From an uncultured Pseudomonadota bacterium (GTDB lineage Bacteria > Oederibacteriota > Muellerivitia > Muellerivitales > Muellerivitaceae), in assembly GCA_963836235.1 (NCBI GenBank), contig CAWIIP010000001.1, positions 224,001 through 288,000 of the forward strand: a DNA stretch of 64,000 bases, read 5' to 3'. Below are positions 56,501 through 64,000 of this stretch, piece after piece. Position 1 is the stretch's first letter. Each line of letters begins with the position of its first letter. The translations under genes and the position numbers were made by a program. Below the pieces are notes generated by a model. It did no database searches, had not been told where the DNA came from, and worked only from the letters and a program-made list of their open reading frames with translations.

Positions 56501-57233
56501 CAAAATGCAGTCCAACCAGAAATTTTTGGATGAAGTGGATGTGGGCAATCAGGGGTCCGAGTCCTCCCATGCCGTTACCTTCACGGGTGAGACCTTTGAG
56601 GACGACCAAAACCTGCCGGACAGCCAGAACGAAAAGAAAATGATCCATGACGACGGCCGCGGGTTCACAGGTTATTACCAGTTCGCGGTCAAAAGTGAGC
56701 CCGGCGCTTGGCACCGCCTTTGGCTGCGGGTCAACACGGGCCATAACATTAAAGGAATGGCCCTTCAAATTCAGGTGGGAGACGAATGGAAGCAAGTGGG
56801 TATCCGAACTCAGAGCGATGGCACGACCCGGCATTTCCTCGCGCTTTATTTTGATGTCCCCGAAAAATACATCACGTCCAATCAAACGGTTCTACGGCTG
56901 ACCGCTAAAACGGGAGATGAAGTGAACGCTTATCACCTCTGGATGTTTAAGGTTGAAGGCGGCCAATACCAACCCTTGGCCCAAATCCTGGGGTTCGGTC
57001 CGAACCAGGAAGTGGGGCAGGTCAGCCATGGACTCTTGCCCAAAGGCAGTGAATGGAAGGCCCCCCTCATTCTTTCTCAGCATCCGGAACAGGGAGCGGT
57101 GATTATTGAGAAAATCGGGAAGGGCTATCTGATTCGTAGTGAGTTGGCGTTGGAGGATTCTGTTAGCCTGCTGAAATCGTTTTTGCGGTCTGATACTTTG
57201 GCGGCGATGGATGATTCTTGGGGTGGATCCTGA
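53523..57233 (+). CDS. Large secreted protein with six-hairpin (GH15-like) glycosidase-type core and extra C-terminal domains
   Basis: Signal peptide; GYSYTWIRDN resembles the YxYxWxRD motif; WWYYLTTGD.EY, FAEMY; ATGA overlap with the upstream gene. Confidence 0.6.
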   Translation: MKKVRFCFSRIFPLLLLFFHMSQVFGQTPTAGLSLVPTPVEMYTPQPTPVKPSPPLDKAGAQVIQDRPWMNDLYSWNEKFDLDLQQVVPNLTGAYCVGNGRAFGLVGLSSPLWNWSNLYGASYQEPTLGDMRMTVTRAGVDAKLNQQQIGWVKRSGVVKVKAEGAGLMVESYDFAPVTPSDDNAWDNPAVLVRLVHIVNGGDHAETDLDIALKLQPAWNIKFKERVAGRDLFIDQKASRAKKRTFWRMGAFNNKDVRIWDNNLHYSAPSLGPGQEVWVSFYLAAAGSTREVGDLVSDIRHTGPLVLLDQTRDYYQKWFESGTQFTGDMKVTDLFEVESTILKSVQARTGGFSPLIGYSYTWIRDNNGPIRWFLKTGHPQEAKKPMDFFYGVSSSMGTLPSSVRVDYTLNFHLKNLSHLQVGHAETPSWIVLQHWWYYLTTGDLEYIRGRWAYLKECIQGQVNEEDKYFFNRDETYLWCLESRVFDHVPFPNYMLNTYAFATDSSFDLVSAADHLAYMGKYLEMDKDISTLKTLAQRVRDKAEETYWNEKAGYWEPAQSLLGPLYNAPFANILVNPYWCGYARNDLDPMGETSLASKRAVEAIKNAYPLLARDDGFWKTTPSVDYFVGMNPGQLLYALCRARLPWADKVYPSVFKTATPSGDFAEMYDGDYHPWNPPAWGIGTSGRLRPWEAGLNVESILEYLTGFSPDAGDNRVVFSPHLPEDMKEFGAQRLLVGPLKVSIFLKRLDSHSWTVTLHLDRGEQMDVIIDFWASHRFFSDIETLGTVTWDKPLADSNGHEARCSFTLEADKDCVFTISEGALLPDEELKPPKPQVFHPDPYDISNADLLLVTSPNGIMNKHKHILPEDILSVGTSELKTMNRITSSVSFLDVDLPVTPEDIANGLLDEKGNPKVRLAVFGRGAFSTGKNNFKPVSYWTNSKFGQTVKKFVEQGGCLFLGPSYPDREVLPDWLVTLTGGGWEEGTLPDKVIVADSTKMQSNQKFLDEVDVGNQGSESSHAVTFTGETFEDDQNLPDSQNEKKMIHDDGRGFTGYYQFAVKSEPGAWHRLWLRVNTGHNIKGMALQIQVGDEWKQVGIRTQSDGTTRHFLALYFDVPEKYITSNQTVLRLTAKTGDEVNAYHLWMFKVEGGQYQPLAQILGFGPNQEVGQVSHGLLPKGSEWKAPLILSQHPEQGAVIIEKIGKGYLIRSELALEDSVSLLKSFLRSDTLAAMDDSWGGS

Positions 57234-57331
57234 GTCGAAGGAATCACTTCACTGGATATTGGTTTCGGGATCTCGGGGATGAAAAGATCCGAGTTTTTTG
57301 GTACAGTTAACCGTTCTTTAAAGGACATTCG

Positions 57332-57973
57332 ATGCGCGCACCGGTTATTAATATCTTCAAGAAAAAGCAGACCGAAACGGTCAAGATTGCTACTGAGCAC
57401 CCGACCCGGCCTAAACCTGTATCGGCCACCCAATCAGCCGAAGTTTCTATTAGGTTCATGCCGTCTTGGTGGGTGGTTCTTCTGGCCTATCTTTTGGCGG
57501 CGGGTTTTTGTTATGGAGTCCATCGATTTTTTCTCTGGTTTCCACCTTATTTATTCGAAGTTCTAAAGCACTTAAAGGGAATTCCACAGTCTTGGGCCGA
57601 TTTAGGGCTTTTTTGGGGAGAAAGGGGCTTGACCTGGATTGCCATTGCCGCAGCGGGTTACCACAACCTCTGGCAGGTCAGTGCAAGGTATCAATTGACC
57701 TCTCATGATATTTTTATCCAAAGCTGGTTTCCTTTCCGTCGGGTTATCGCAACCCCTTACGGTTCAGTGCGCCGGGTGGGATATCAACAAAGCCTTATCG
57801 GCCTGATCTTTAATTATGGGCATGTTGAGATTGACACTGGAAGTCCTTCGGGCCCCTTGGTCCTTTTAAACTGCCCATCTCCCAAGAAATTCACCTCCAT
57901 ACTTCAATTCAAAGTAGAGTCGATCATACAGCCTCAATTGGTTTCCCACCGCCGCAGTGTCGATCCGCAATAA
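57332..57973 (+). CDS. Membrane protein with bacterial PH (bPH_2) domain
   Basis: Two TMs, then RYQLT...QQSLIGLIFNYGHVEIDTG. Confidence 0.8.
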   Translation: MRAPVINIFKKKQTETVKIATEHPTRPKPVSATQSAEVSIRFMPSWWVVLLAYLLAAGFCYGVHRFFLWFPPYLFEVLKHLKGIPQSWADLGLFWGERGLTWIAIAAAGYHNLWQVSARYQLTSHDIFIQSWFPFRRVIATPYGSVRRVGYQQSLIGLIFNYGHVEIDTGSPSGPLVLLNCPSPKKFTSILQFKVESIIQPQLVSHRRSVDPQ

Positions 57974-58065
57974 CCCAAGGTTTGACTATTGAAAAGTCCC
58001 TTGGAAGTGGCTTGTGAACTCCCTATAATCCCCCCTCCAAACCAACCAGAAAGCGCGGAAATGAC

Positions 58066-59178
58066 ATGGCAAAGAACAAGTCAACCAAGGGAAAAATCAC
58101 CCAAATCGGCAAAGTGGCCATTCGTGCGAGGACGCAAGACACTCATGTGGCTGGCGAAGCCGTCCTTGTTACCCCCAAAAAAGTAAAAGCCAAAATTCCG
58201 GGCAATAAAGTAGCCAGCGAGACGGTCTTGAAAGGCCGCCAGGAGTTAGAGGCCATTTTGGACCACAAGGACCGCCGTCTTTTCGTGGTGGTAGGACCCT
58301 GTTCCATTCATGATCCCCAGGCCGCTTATGAATACGCGGTCCGCCTCAAGAAATTGGCTTCCATGGTCCGCTCCACAATGGTTCTGATCATGCGCGTTTA
58401 TTTTGAAAAGCCCCGAACGACTATCGGCTGGAAGGGGCTGATCAACGATCCGGACATGAACGATTCCTTCCATATTGAAAAAGGGATTCTTTTGGCGCGC
58501 CGCCTGTTGTTGCGGTTCACGGAGATGGGTCTGCCTGCCTCCACCGAAGCTTTGGACCCCATTATCCCACAGTATTTGGCGGACTTGATCAGCTGGTCGG
58601 CCATCGGGGCTCGTACCACCGAATCCCAGACTCACCGGGAAATGGCCAGTGGACTTTCCATGCCCGTGGGTTTTAAAAACGCCACCGACGGAAGCATCCA
58701 AGTGGCCTTAAACGGCATCAAATCCGCCCGGACTTCCCATCATTTCCTGGGCATCGACCAGAATGGACAGACAGCCGTCTTCCGGACCACTGGTAATCCC
58801 TACGCCCACATCGTCCTTCGGGGGGGGACCAAGCCCAACTATGATTCCGCTTCGATCGCCGCCTGCGAAAAAGCCCTCAAGGAGGCGGACTTGCCTCAAA
58901 ATATCGTGGTGGATTGCAGCCATGGAAATTCCAACAAGGACTATAAATTACAGCCCGTGGCCTTCAACGTTGTAATTGACCAAATCGAAAAGGGAAATGA
59001 GTCCGTCGTGGGCTTTATGCTGGAAAGCAACCTGCATGAGGGCAACCAACCCCTGCAAAAGGACCGATCCAAACTGAAATACGGCGTTTCCATTACCGAT
59101 GCCTGCATTAATTGGGTCACTACCGAAGAGCTCCTCCTTTCCGCCCATCAACGCCTGAAAAAACTTTGGAACAGATAG
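58066..59178 (+). CDS. Class I-alpha DAHP synthase (AroF/G/H family)
   Basis: VGPCSIHD, RVYFEKPRTTIGWKG, IGARTTESQTHR, DCSHGNS, SITDAC. Confidence 0.96.
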   Translation: MAKNKSTKGKITQIGKVAIRARTQDTHVAGEAVLVTPKKVKAKIPGNKVASETVLKGRQELEAILDHKDRRLFVVVGPCSIHDPQAAYEYAVRLKKLASMVRSTMVLIMRVYFEKPRTTIGWKGLINDPDMNDSFHIEKGILLARRLLLRFTEMGLPASTEALDPIIPQYLADLISWSAIGARTTESQTHREMASGLSMPVGFKNATDGSIQVALNGIKSARTSHHFLGIDQNGQTAVFRTTGNPYAHIVLRGGTKPNYDSASIAACEKALKEADLPQNIVVDCSHGNSNKDYKLQPVAFNVVIDQIEKGNESVVGFMLESNLHEGNQPLQKDRSKLKYGVSITDACINWVTTEELLLSAHQRLKKLWNR

Positions 59179-59254
59179 CGTCGAGCTTAAGTTTTGATGC
59201 GGTCCGCTCAAAAATCTAAATCGAGAAGTAATATTCAATCCTGAAAGGATTGGA

Positions 59255-59875
59255 ATGGTTTCTTTTCCCAAACTTCGTTTTTTCACCACTTGGTTCATCA
59301 AGCTTTATTTTCATACCAAGGGGTTAGGCACCGAAAATATTCCGAAGGCTGGACCTTTTGTGGTGGCGGCCAACCACGCCAGTTTTTTAGATCCGTATCT
59401 TATTGGATATACCAGTATTGAAAGGGAAGTAGGCTTTATGGCCAAAGAGGAACTTTTTAAAGTTCCCCTATTCGGCTGGGTCATCACTTATTGCGGGGCT
59501 TTCCCCGTCAAACGTGGAGGCCGGGATCTTGAAGCCGTCAGAACGTTCCATGATTTTTTACATTCCGGGAAGCCCCTGGTTATTTTTGTGGAAGGTACAC
59601 GCACTTTAACCGGCGATCTTCAATCAGCCAAAAAAGGATCGGGGATGCTTCTTTACAACGCCAAGGTTCCGGTGATTCCAGCTTATATTGATGGAACCTT
59701 CGCCAGTTGGCCAAAGGGTAAACTGTTTCCTCGTCCCGGAAAAACATCCGTTACTTACGGTTCGGCCGTTCCATTGGATGATCTTTACCGTGAAAAAGCT
59801 GAAAAAAACACTTACACAAAGATCGCCAACCGGGTGATGGAAAGTATTGCCAGTCTTCGCTCTTTTAGTTGTTAA
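59255..59875 (+). CDS. plsC: 1-acyl-sn-glycerol-3-phosphate acyltransferase
   Basis: NHASFLD, FMAKEEL, FVEGTR. Confidence 0.9.
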   Translation: MVSFPKLRFFTTWFIKLYFHTKGLGTENIPKAGPFVVAANHASFLDPYLIGYTSIEREVGFMAKEELFKVPLFGWVITYCGAFPVKRGGRDLEAVRTFHDFLHSGKPLVIFVEGTRTLTGDLQSAKKGSGMLLYNAKVPVIPAYIDGTFASWPKGKLFPRPGKTSVTYGSAVPLDDLYREKAEKNTYTKIANRVMESIASLRSFSC

Positions 59876-59987
59876 AAGGTTCAATCCACCCTCTCCCCGG
59901 AAACAGTATCCAGAGCCTTTGCCCTGTTGTAGAATGGAAACTCTTAAAATCTACTTTCCTCCCCTACGGAGTTAAGAATACAAAACT

Positions 59988-61727
59988 ATGAGGTCAACCA
60001 TGGCTGATTCACCCATCCCGGAAATGACAATGGAAGAGCTTTTAAACGAGGAGAAACGCGTTGCCCGGGGCCAAGTGGTCACGGGTGAAGTTGTCAAAAT
60101 CGGCGAAGACGAGCTCGTGATTGACGTGGGTTATAAGACCGAGGGTGTTATTCCTCGCTCCGAATTTCAAGCTATCACAGGAGAACTAACGGTAAAAGTA
60201 GGCGACAAAGTAGAAGTTTCAGTGGAACGCATGGCCGATTCCAATGGCCGTCTTAGGCTTTCCAAAAGGAATGTGGATAAAAGCCGAGTTTGGCAAAACC
60301 TCGAGGAAATGAACAATTCGGGAGGTCTTATCAAAGGCCGTGTTACTAAAAAGGTTAACGGCGGTTACCGAGTGGATTTGGGAGTAGTGGAAGCCTTTTT
60401 GCCCGCCAGCCAAATGACCCTTCATAAAAATCCGGAGTCAGGCGAGGAGCATCTCGAAAAGATATACGATTTTAAAATTATTAAAATAGACCGTGGCCGT
60501 TCTAACGTGGTGGTTTCCCGCCGTCCGGTATTGGAAGTTGAACGCAACGAAAATCGAAGTAAACGATTGAACGAATTGAAACCTGGTGATGTTATTGAAG
60601 GACGGGTTAAAAGCTTGGTGAGTTATGGGGCTTTCGTTGATCTGGGGGGAGTGGATGGTCTTTTGCATATAGCCGATATTGACTGGGGTAGGGTTAACAA
60701 GGTCGAAGATTTCGTGAAATCCGAAGCCCCAATTAAAGTTATGGTGCTCCAGATTGACAAGGAAAAGGGAAAAATTTCCTTGGGTATCAAGCAGATGAAA
60801 AGCGACCCCTGGACGGAGGCGGATAAACGCTATCGGGTCGGGCAGATTATCGAAGTTGAAGTCACCCATTTTGCCGATTATGGCGTGTTTCTAAAGACCA
60901 ACGATAACTTGGAAGGTTTTTGCCACGTTACCGAAATTTCTTGGTCTAAAAAATTAAAGAAGCCTGCGGAGCATTTCAAAGTGGGGGAGAAGAGACAAGC
61001 CCAGTTGATCGAACTTGATTTTGAAAAACGAAAAATCAGTTTTAGCTTTAAACGACTCGAAAAAAGTCCTTGGGAAAATGTAGCCCAACGGCATCCGATC
61101 GGCTCGAATATCCAGGCTACGGTGACAAATATCGCGGATTTCGGATTATTCATGGAAATTGAGGATGGCTTGGAAGGCCTTTTGCACCAATCCGATATCA
61201 CGTGGGACAAACGCACTAAAGCGCCTCAAAAGGAATTTAAGGTCGGGCAGACCCTTACCGTCAAAATGTTGGCAATTGATCTTGAAAAAAAACGTATTTC
61301 CCTTGGGCTGAAACAAGTGGAAGGTGATCCATGGGACAAGATCGAGGAAAAATGCAAACCGGGGCAAGTGATGACCGGCAAAGTCCAGCGTTTGGCCGAG
61401 TTCGGAGCTTTCATCGAATTGGAGAGAAACGTAGAAGGCTTGGTTCACAAAACAGAGATCGCTTCGCCGGCACCTAAAAAGGTCGAAGATGCTTTAAAGC
61501 CAGGGGATATGGTGACTATGAAAGTGCTTTCTATCGATTCCGGAAAGCGCCGCATTGCTTTGAGTATCAAGGCCTTAAACCAGAAATTGGATCAGAACAA
61601 AGAAGACGAGGCCGGCGAAGAGAACAATGTTCATCGCAAAACGAACGCCTTCCAAAAAATGCTGAAAAAATTTCTCAAAAAAACTAAGACGCCGGACGAA
61701 GAGGGCGAAGAAGAGAGCGCTTTTTAA
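59988..61727 (+). CDS. rpsA: 30S ribosomal protein S1
   Basis: Six S1 repeats (DVGYKTEG, GAFVDLGGVDGLLH, RISLGLKQ). Confidence 0.95.
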   Translation: MRSTMADSPIPEMTMEELLNEEKRVARGQVVTGEVVKIGEDELVIDVGYKTEGVIPRSEFQAITGELTVKVGDKVEVSVERMADSNGRLRLSKRNVDKSRVWQNLEEMNNSGGLIKGRVTKKVNGGYRVDLGVVEAFLPASQMTLHKNPESGEEHLEKIYDFKIIKIDRGRSNVVVSRRPVLEVERNENRSKRLNELKPGDVIEGRVKSLVSYGAFVDLGGVDGLLHIADIDWGRVNKVEDFVKSEAPIKVMVLQIDKEKGKISLGIKQMKSDPWTEADKRYRVGQIIEVEVTHFADYGVFLKTNDNLEGFCHVTEISWSKKLKKPAEHFKVGEKRQAQLIELDFEKRKISFSFKRLEKSPWENVAQRHPIGSNIQATVTNIADFGLFMEIEDGLEGLLHQSDITWDKRTKAPQKEFKVGQTLTVKMLAIDLEKKRISLGLKQVEGDPWDKIEEKCKPGQVMTGKVQRLAEFGAFIELERNVEGLVHKTEIASPAPKKVEDALKPGDMVTMKVLSIDSGKRRIALSIKALNQKLDQNKEDEAGEENNVHRKTNAFQKMLKKFLKKTKTPDEEGEEESAF

Positions 61728-61764
61728 TTAAAAGCGTCTTTTGCGATTTACATTTATGAATCCC

Positions 61765-61795
61765 AAAGCCCTTCGTCACACTGAAGGGCTTTTTT
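61765..61795 (+). terminator. Intrinsic terminator after rpsA
   Basis: AAAGCCCTTC-gtcacact-GAAGGGCTTT followed by a T run. Confidence 0.85.
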
Positions 61796-62133
61796 ATGTT
61801 TGGCTCGTTTTAATAATGTAGCAATTTAGCTTTATTGTTTCGATTGGCCGCAAGTATAAAGTCCATTGGTAAATCGGTTGTTTAAAACGTCTTGTCGGGA
61901 GTTAAAACCGTCTTTTGATTAAAAGGCGGTCTTGCGGCTCCTTTCCATCTCTTATAGACTCAATTTGAACTGAAATCCCTGTTTATGGAATCCATTTTAA
62001 AATGACTAGAACCTGTTTTGAAAACGCATTTCCAAATCGCAGGGATAAATCTAAACCTCAGAACTCTCTTAAAAAAACCAAGGAATCAAAAGTCCCGTTT
62101 CTTGGTCACTATGGAATTTTGGGTTTTGCAATA

Positions 62134-64000
62134 ATGCCAAAAGGTCTTAAAAGACCAATTTTCTGGATCTTGATGGAGATTGGCCTGACCCTTTTTTCTA
62201 AACCTGTTTTTTCCGCAGGCATCACGCCACCCTCACCCACGGATGAAGGTCGGGCTCTCCTGAAGGCCCGTTCCTACCACTTGGCTATGGAACGCTTTCT
62301 TTTGGTTCAAGAGAAAAGTGAAAGTTATATAGAAAAAGCGATGGCTCTTCGGCTCATTGGTGAGACACAATTCCACGAAAAGGATTATGCTGCCGCCTAC
62401 CAGGCCTATCAACAATCCCTCCGGTTAAACCCGCTCACGAGCGGTGCACTGGGGCTCGAATTTAAATCCGCAGTCTCACTGGTTTATTTAAAAAATTACC
62501 CTTCGGCCATTGAGCAATTCAAGGAATTAGAGAAAAGAGCTTATGAAACGGATACGCTCTGCGACCTTTATTTTTGGGAGGCGGAGTGTTATTTCCAACT
62601 GGAACAATATCAGGAGGCGGGCCGGGAGTACGGAAAAATCCTTGAAAATAAGCCCGATTACCGGTATGGCGATATGGTACGTTATCTCCAAGCTTGGTGT
62701 TACTTCCTGCAAAAGGATTACCCGAAGGCGTTAGAGTGTTTTTCCAGGGTTTTCGACAAGACGAAAGACGAAACACTTAAAAAATTGACCTTGTTCCAAC
62801 AGGCCGAAACTCAATTTCGCATGGAACGCTACGCCGAAGCGAAAAAAAATTACCAAGATTTTCTCAAACAGTATCCCAAGGATTTCTTGGAAGTCCCCGC
62901 ACGATATGGGTTGGGATGGACATTTGAGAAGTTGAAGAATTCTCCCGACGCCATCAAAATATTTGGAAGTATCGTCAAGGATTTTCCTTCCCACTTATTG
63001 GCTCCTTGGGCCGCGGTCAGGCAGGGAACCGAATCTTATCAGGCGGGAAATCATGACCAAGCCCGCCAGGCTTATACCAGGGGTTTGGAATTAGCCTCAG
63101 GAAAGGCACCCGCCGATCTTTTGGAATATGGCTTGGGTTGGCTTGATTACTCCGATCAAGAATACGATGCCGCAGCACGGCATTTCCTGGATGTGTCGAA
63201 CTACCAGCCTCAAAGCGACCTCTATTGGGAGGCCCAATATCTTTTAGCCGGTTGTGAATACTTGGAAGGAAAATCCGACGACGCCAAACTGATCTATGGA
63301 CGATTGGCCCTGAAAGCTCCGGCGGAATTGGTAATGGCGGCGGCTTATTGGCAGGGTTGGTGCGATTATGCCCAAGGCAACTATGCTTTCGCGTTGAATG
63401 AGTTTAAAAAAGTTGGGGAAAAATCAGAAGGGGATTTAAAAGCTCGAGCCGATTGGGCTTCCGCCGAGTCGGCTTACGGGATGAAAGATTATGGGGATGC
63501 CGCAGAATATTATCAGAAAGCTCTCGATCTTGGGCCCTCCGATAATCTTTTGCTGACTTGCTACTCGGGCCTCGGTTGGTGTTATTTCCAACAGGAAAAA
63601 TACGAGGAGGCCGCAAAGGCTTTTCAGAACGCGGTCGAGCAAAATTCATCGGCGCCATTGGGTTTGGAATCCCAATTGCGAACTGGAGATTGCTATTACA
63701 ACCTTCATGACTATCCCAAAGCCGAAACAGCTTACCGTCCCCTGGTAGACCATCATGTGGGGCCACCCTACGAGTTGGACGCGCAGGAACAAATGGGCTG
63801 GTGCGCCTATCGGCAGGAAAAGTTTAGCGACGCGATAGCCACTTGGGATTCCCTGGTTAAAAAAAGCGGAACCGATGACCGGAAATCCCGTCTGCTTTAT
63901 TGGACGGCTTGGGCTTATTTCCGGTTGAAGAATTTTGACCATGCCTCCAGTGAGTTCAAAGAGGTGGAGTCCGATTATCCTAAAGACCCACTGGCCCCCG
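62134..64000 (+). CDS. Exported multi-TPR protein, 3'-truncated by window edge (absent from the ORF track)
   Basis: Manual translation MPKGLKRPIFWILMEIGLTLFSKPVFSA..., with TPR units such as AECYFQLEQYQEA and AWAYFRLKNFDHA; no stop in the stretches checked. Confidence 0.85.
   Translation, partial: MPKGLKRPIFWILMEIGLTLFSKPVFSAGITPPSPTDEGRALLKARSYHLAMERFLLVQEKSESYIEKAMALRLIGETQFHEKDYAAAYQAYQQSLRLNPLTSGALGLEFKSAVSLVYLKNYPSAIEQFKELEKRAYETDTLCDLYFWEAECYFQLEQYQEAGREYGKILENKPDYRYGDMVRYLQAWCYFLQKDYPKALECFSRVFDKTKDETLKKLTLFQQAETQFRMERYAEAKKNYQDFLKQYPKDFLEVPARYGLGWTFEKLKNSPDAIKIFGSIVKDFPSHLLAPWAAVRQGTESYQAGNHDQARQAYTRGLELASGKAPADLLEYGLGWLDYSDQEYDAAARHFLDVSNYQPQSDLYWEAQYLLAGCEYLEGKSDDAKLIYGRLALKAPAELVMAAAYWQGWCDYAQGNYAFALNEFKKVGEKSEGDLKARADWASAESAYGMKDYGDAAEYYQKALDLGPSDNLLLTCYSGLGWCYFQQEKYEEAAKAFQNAVEQNSSAPLGLESQLRTGDCYYNLHDYPKAETAYRPLVDHHVGPPYELDAQEQMGWCAYRQEKFSDAIATWDSLVKKSGTDDRKSRLLYWTAWAYFRLKNFDHASSEFKEVESDYPKDPLAP

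Noticed and set aside
61907-61930. Hairpin ACCGTCTTTT-gatt-AAAAGGCGGT as a small RNA
   Set aside because: Single short stem with no other support.

Overview
Bacterial chromosomal window with no rRNA, tRNA or CRISPR seen. In order: (1) the 3' part of a group II intron (RT/maturase plus domains V/VI, 1-979); (2) an AraC regulator divergent from a plant-glycan hydrolase cluster (GH74, GH44, GH27-malectin), where GH74 and GH44 carry ~400-500 aa Thr-rich linkers and a T9SS-type-A-like C-terminal domain and share a ~737-bp apparently identical block; (3) a ~15-kb signalling block (four Rcp1-like receivers, a poly-HAMP group-III-like hybrid kinase, a REC-histidine kinase, a REC-PAS-GGDEF protein, a large DUF11/FlgD-Ig surface protein) lying between a long-tailed parB-like gene and a decayed copy of that gene's 3' end; (4) a patchwork accessory region (inverted-repeat mini-element, membrane proteins, CHASE3-PAS kinase plus receiver, a chimeric duplication scar, NHL protein, orphan dnaJ); (5) core genes: glyA, two TolB-like lipoproteins and pheA-hisC-tyrA-aroA-cmk...DAHP synthase-plsC-rpsA, split by an adenylate cyclase, a GT-C-like membrane protein, a 1236-aa six-hairpin-glycosidase-like protein and a bPH protein; (6) a TPR gene running off the right edge. 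Best leads: the shared Thr-stalk plus sorting-domain export cassette, possibly tied to protein O-glycosylation, and the parB-3'-end-bounded island. All calls come from reading motifs by eye; no searches were run.
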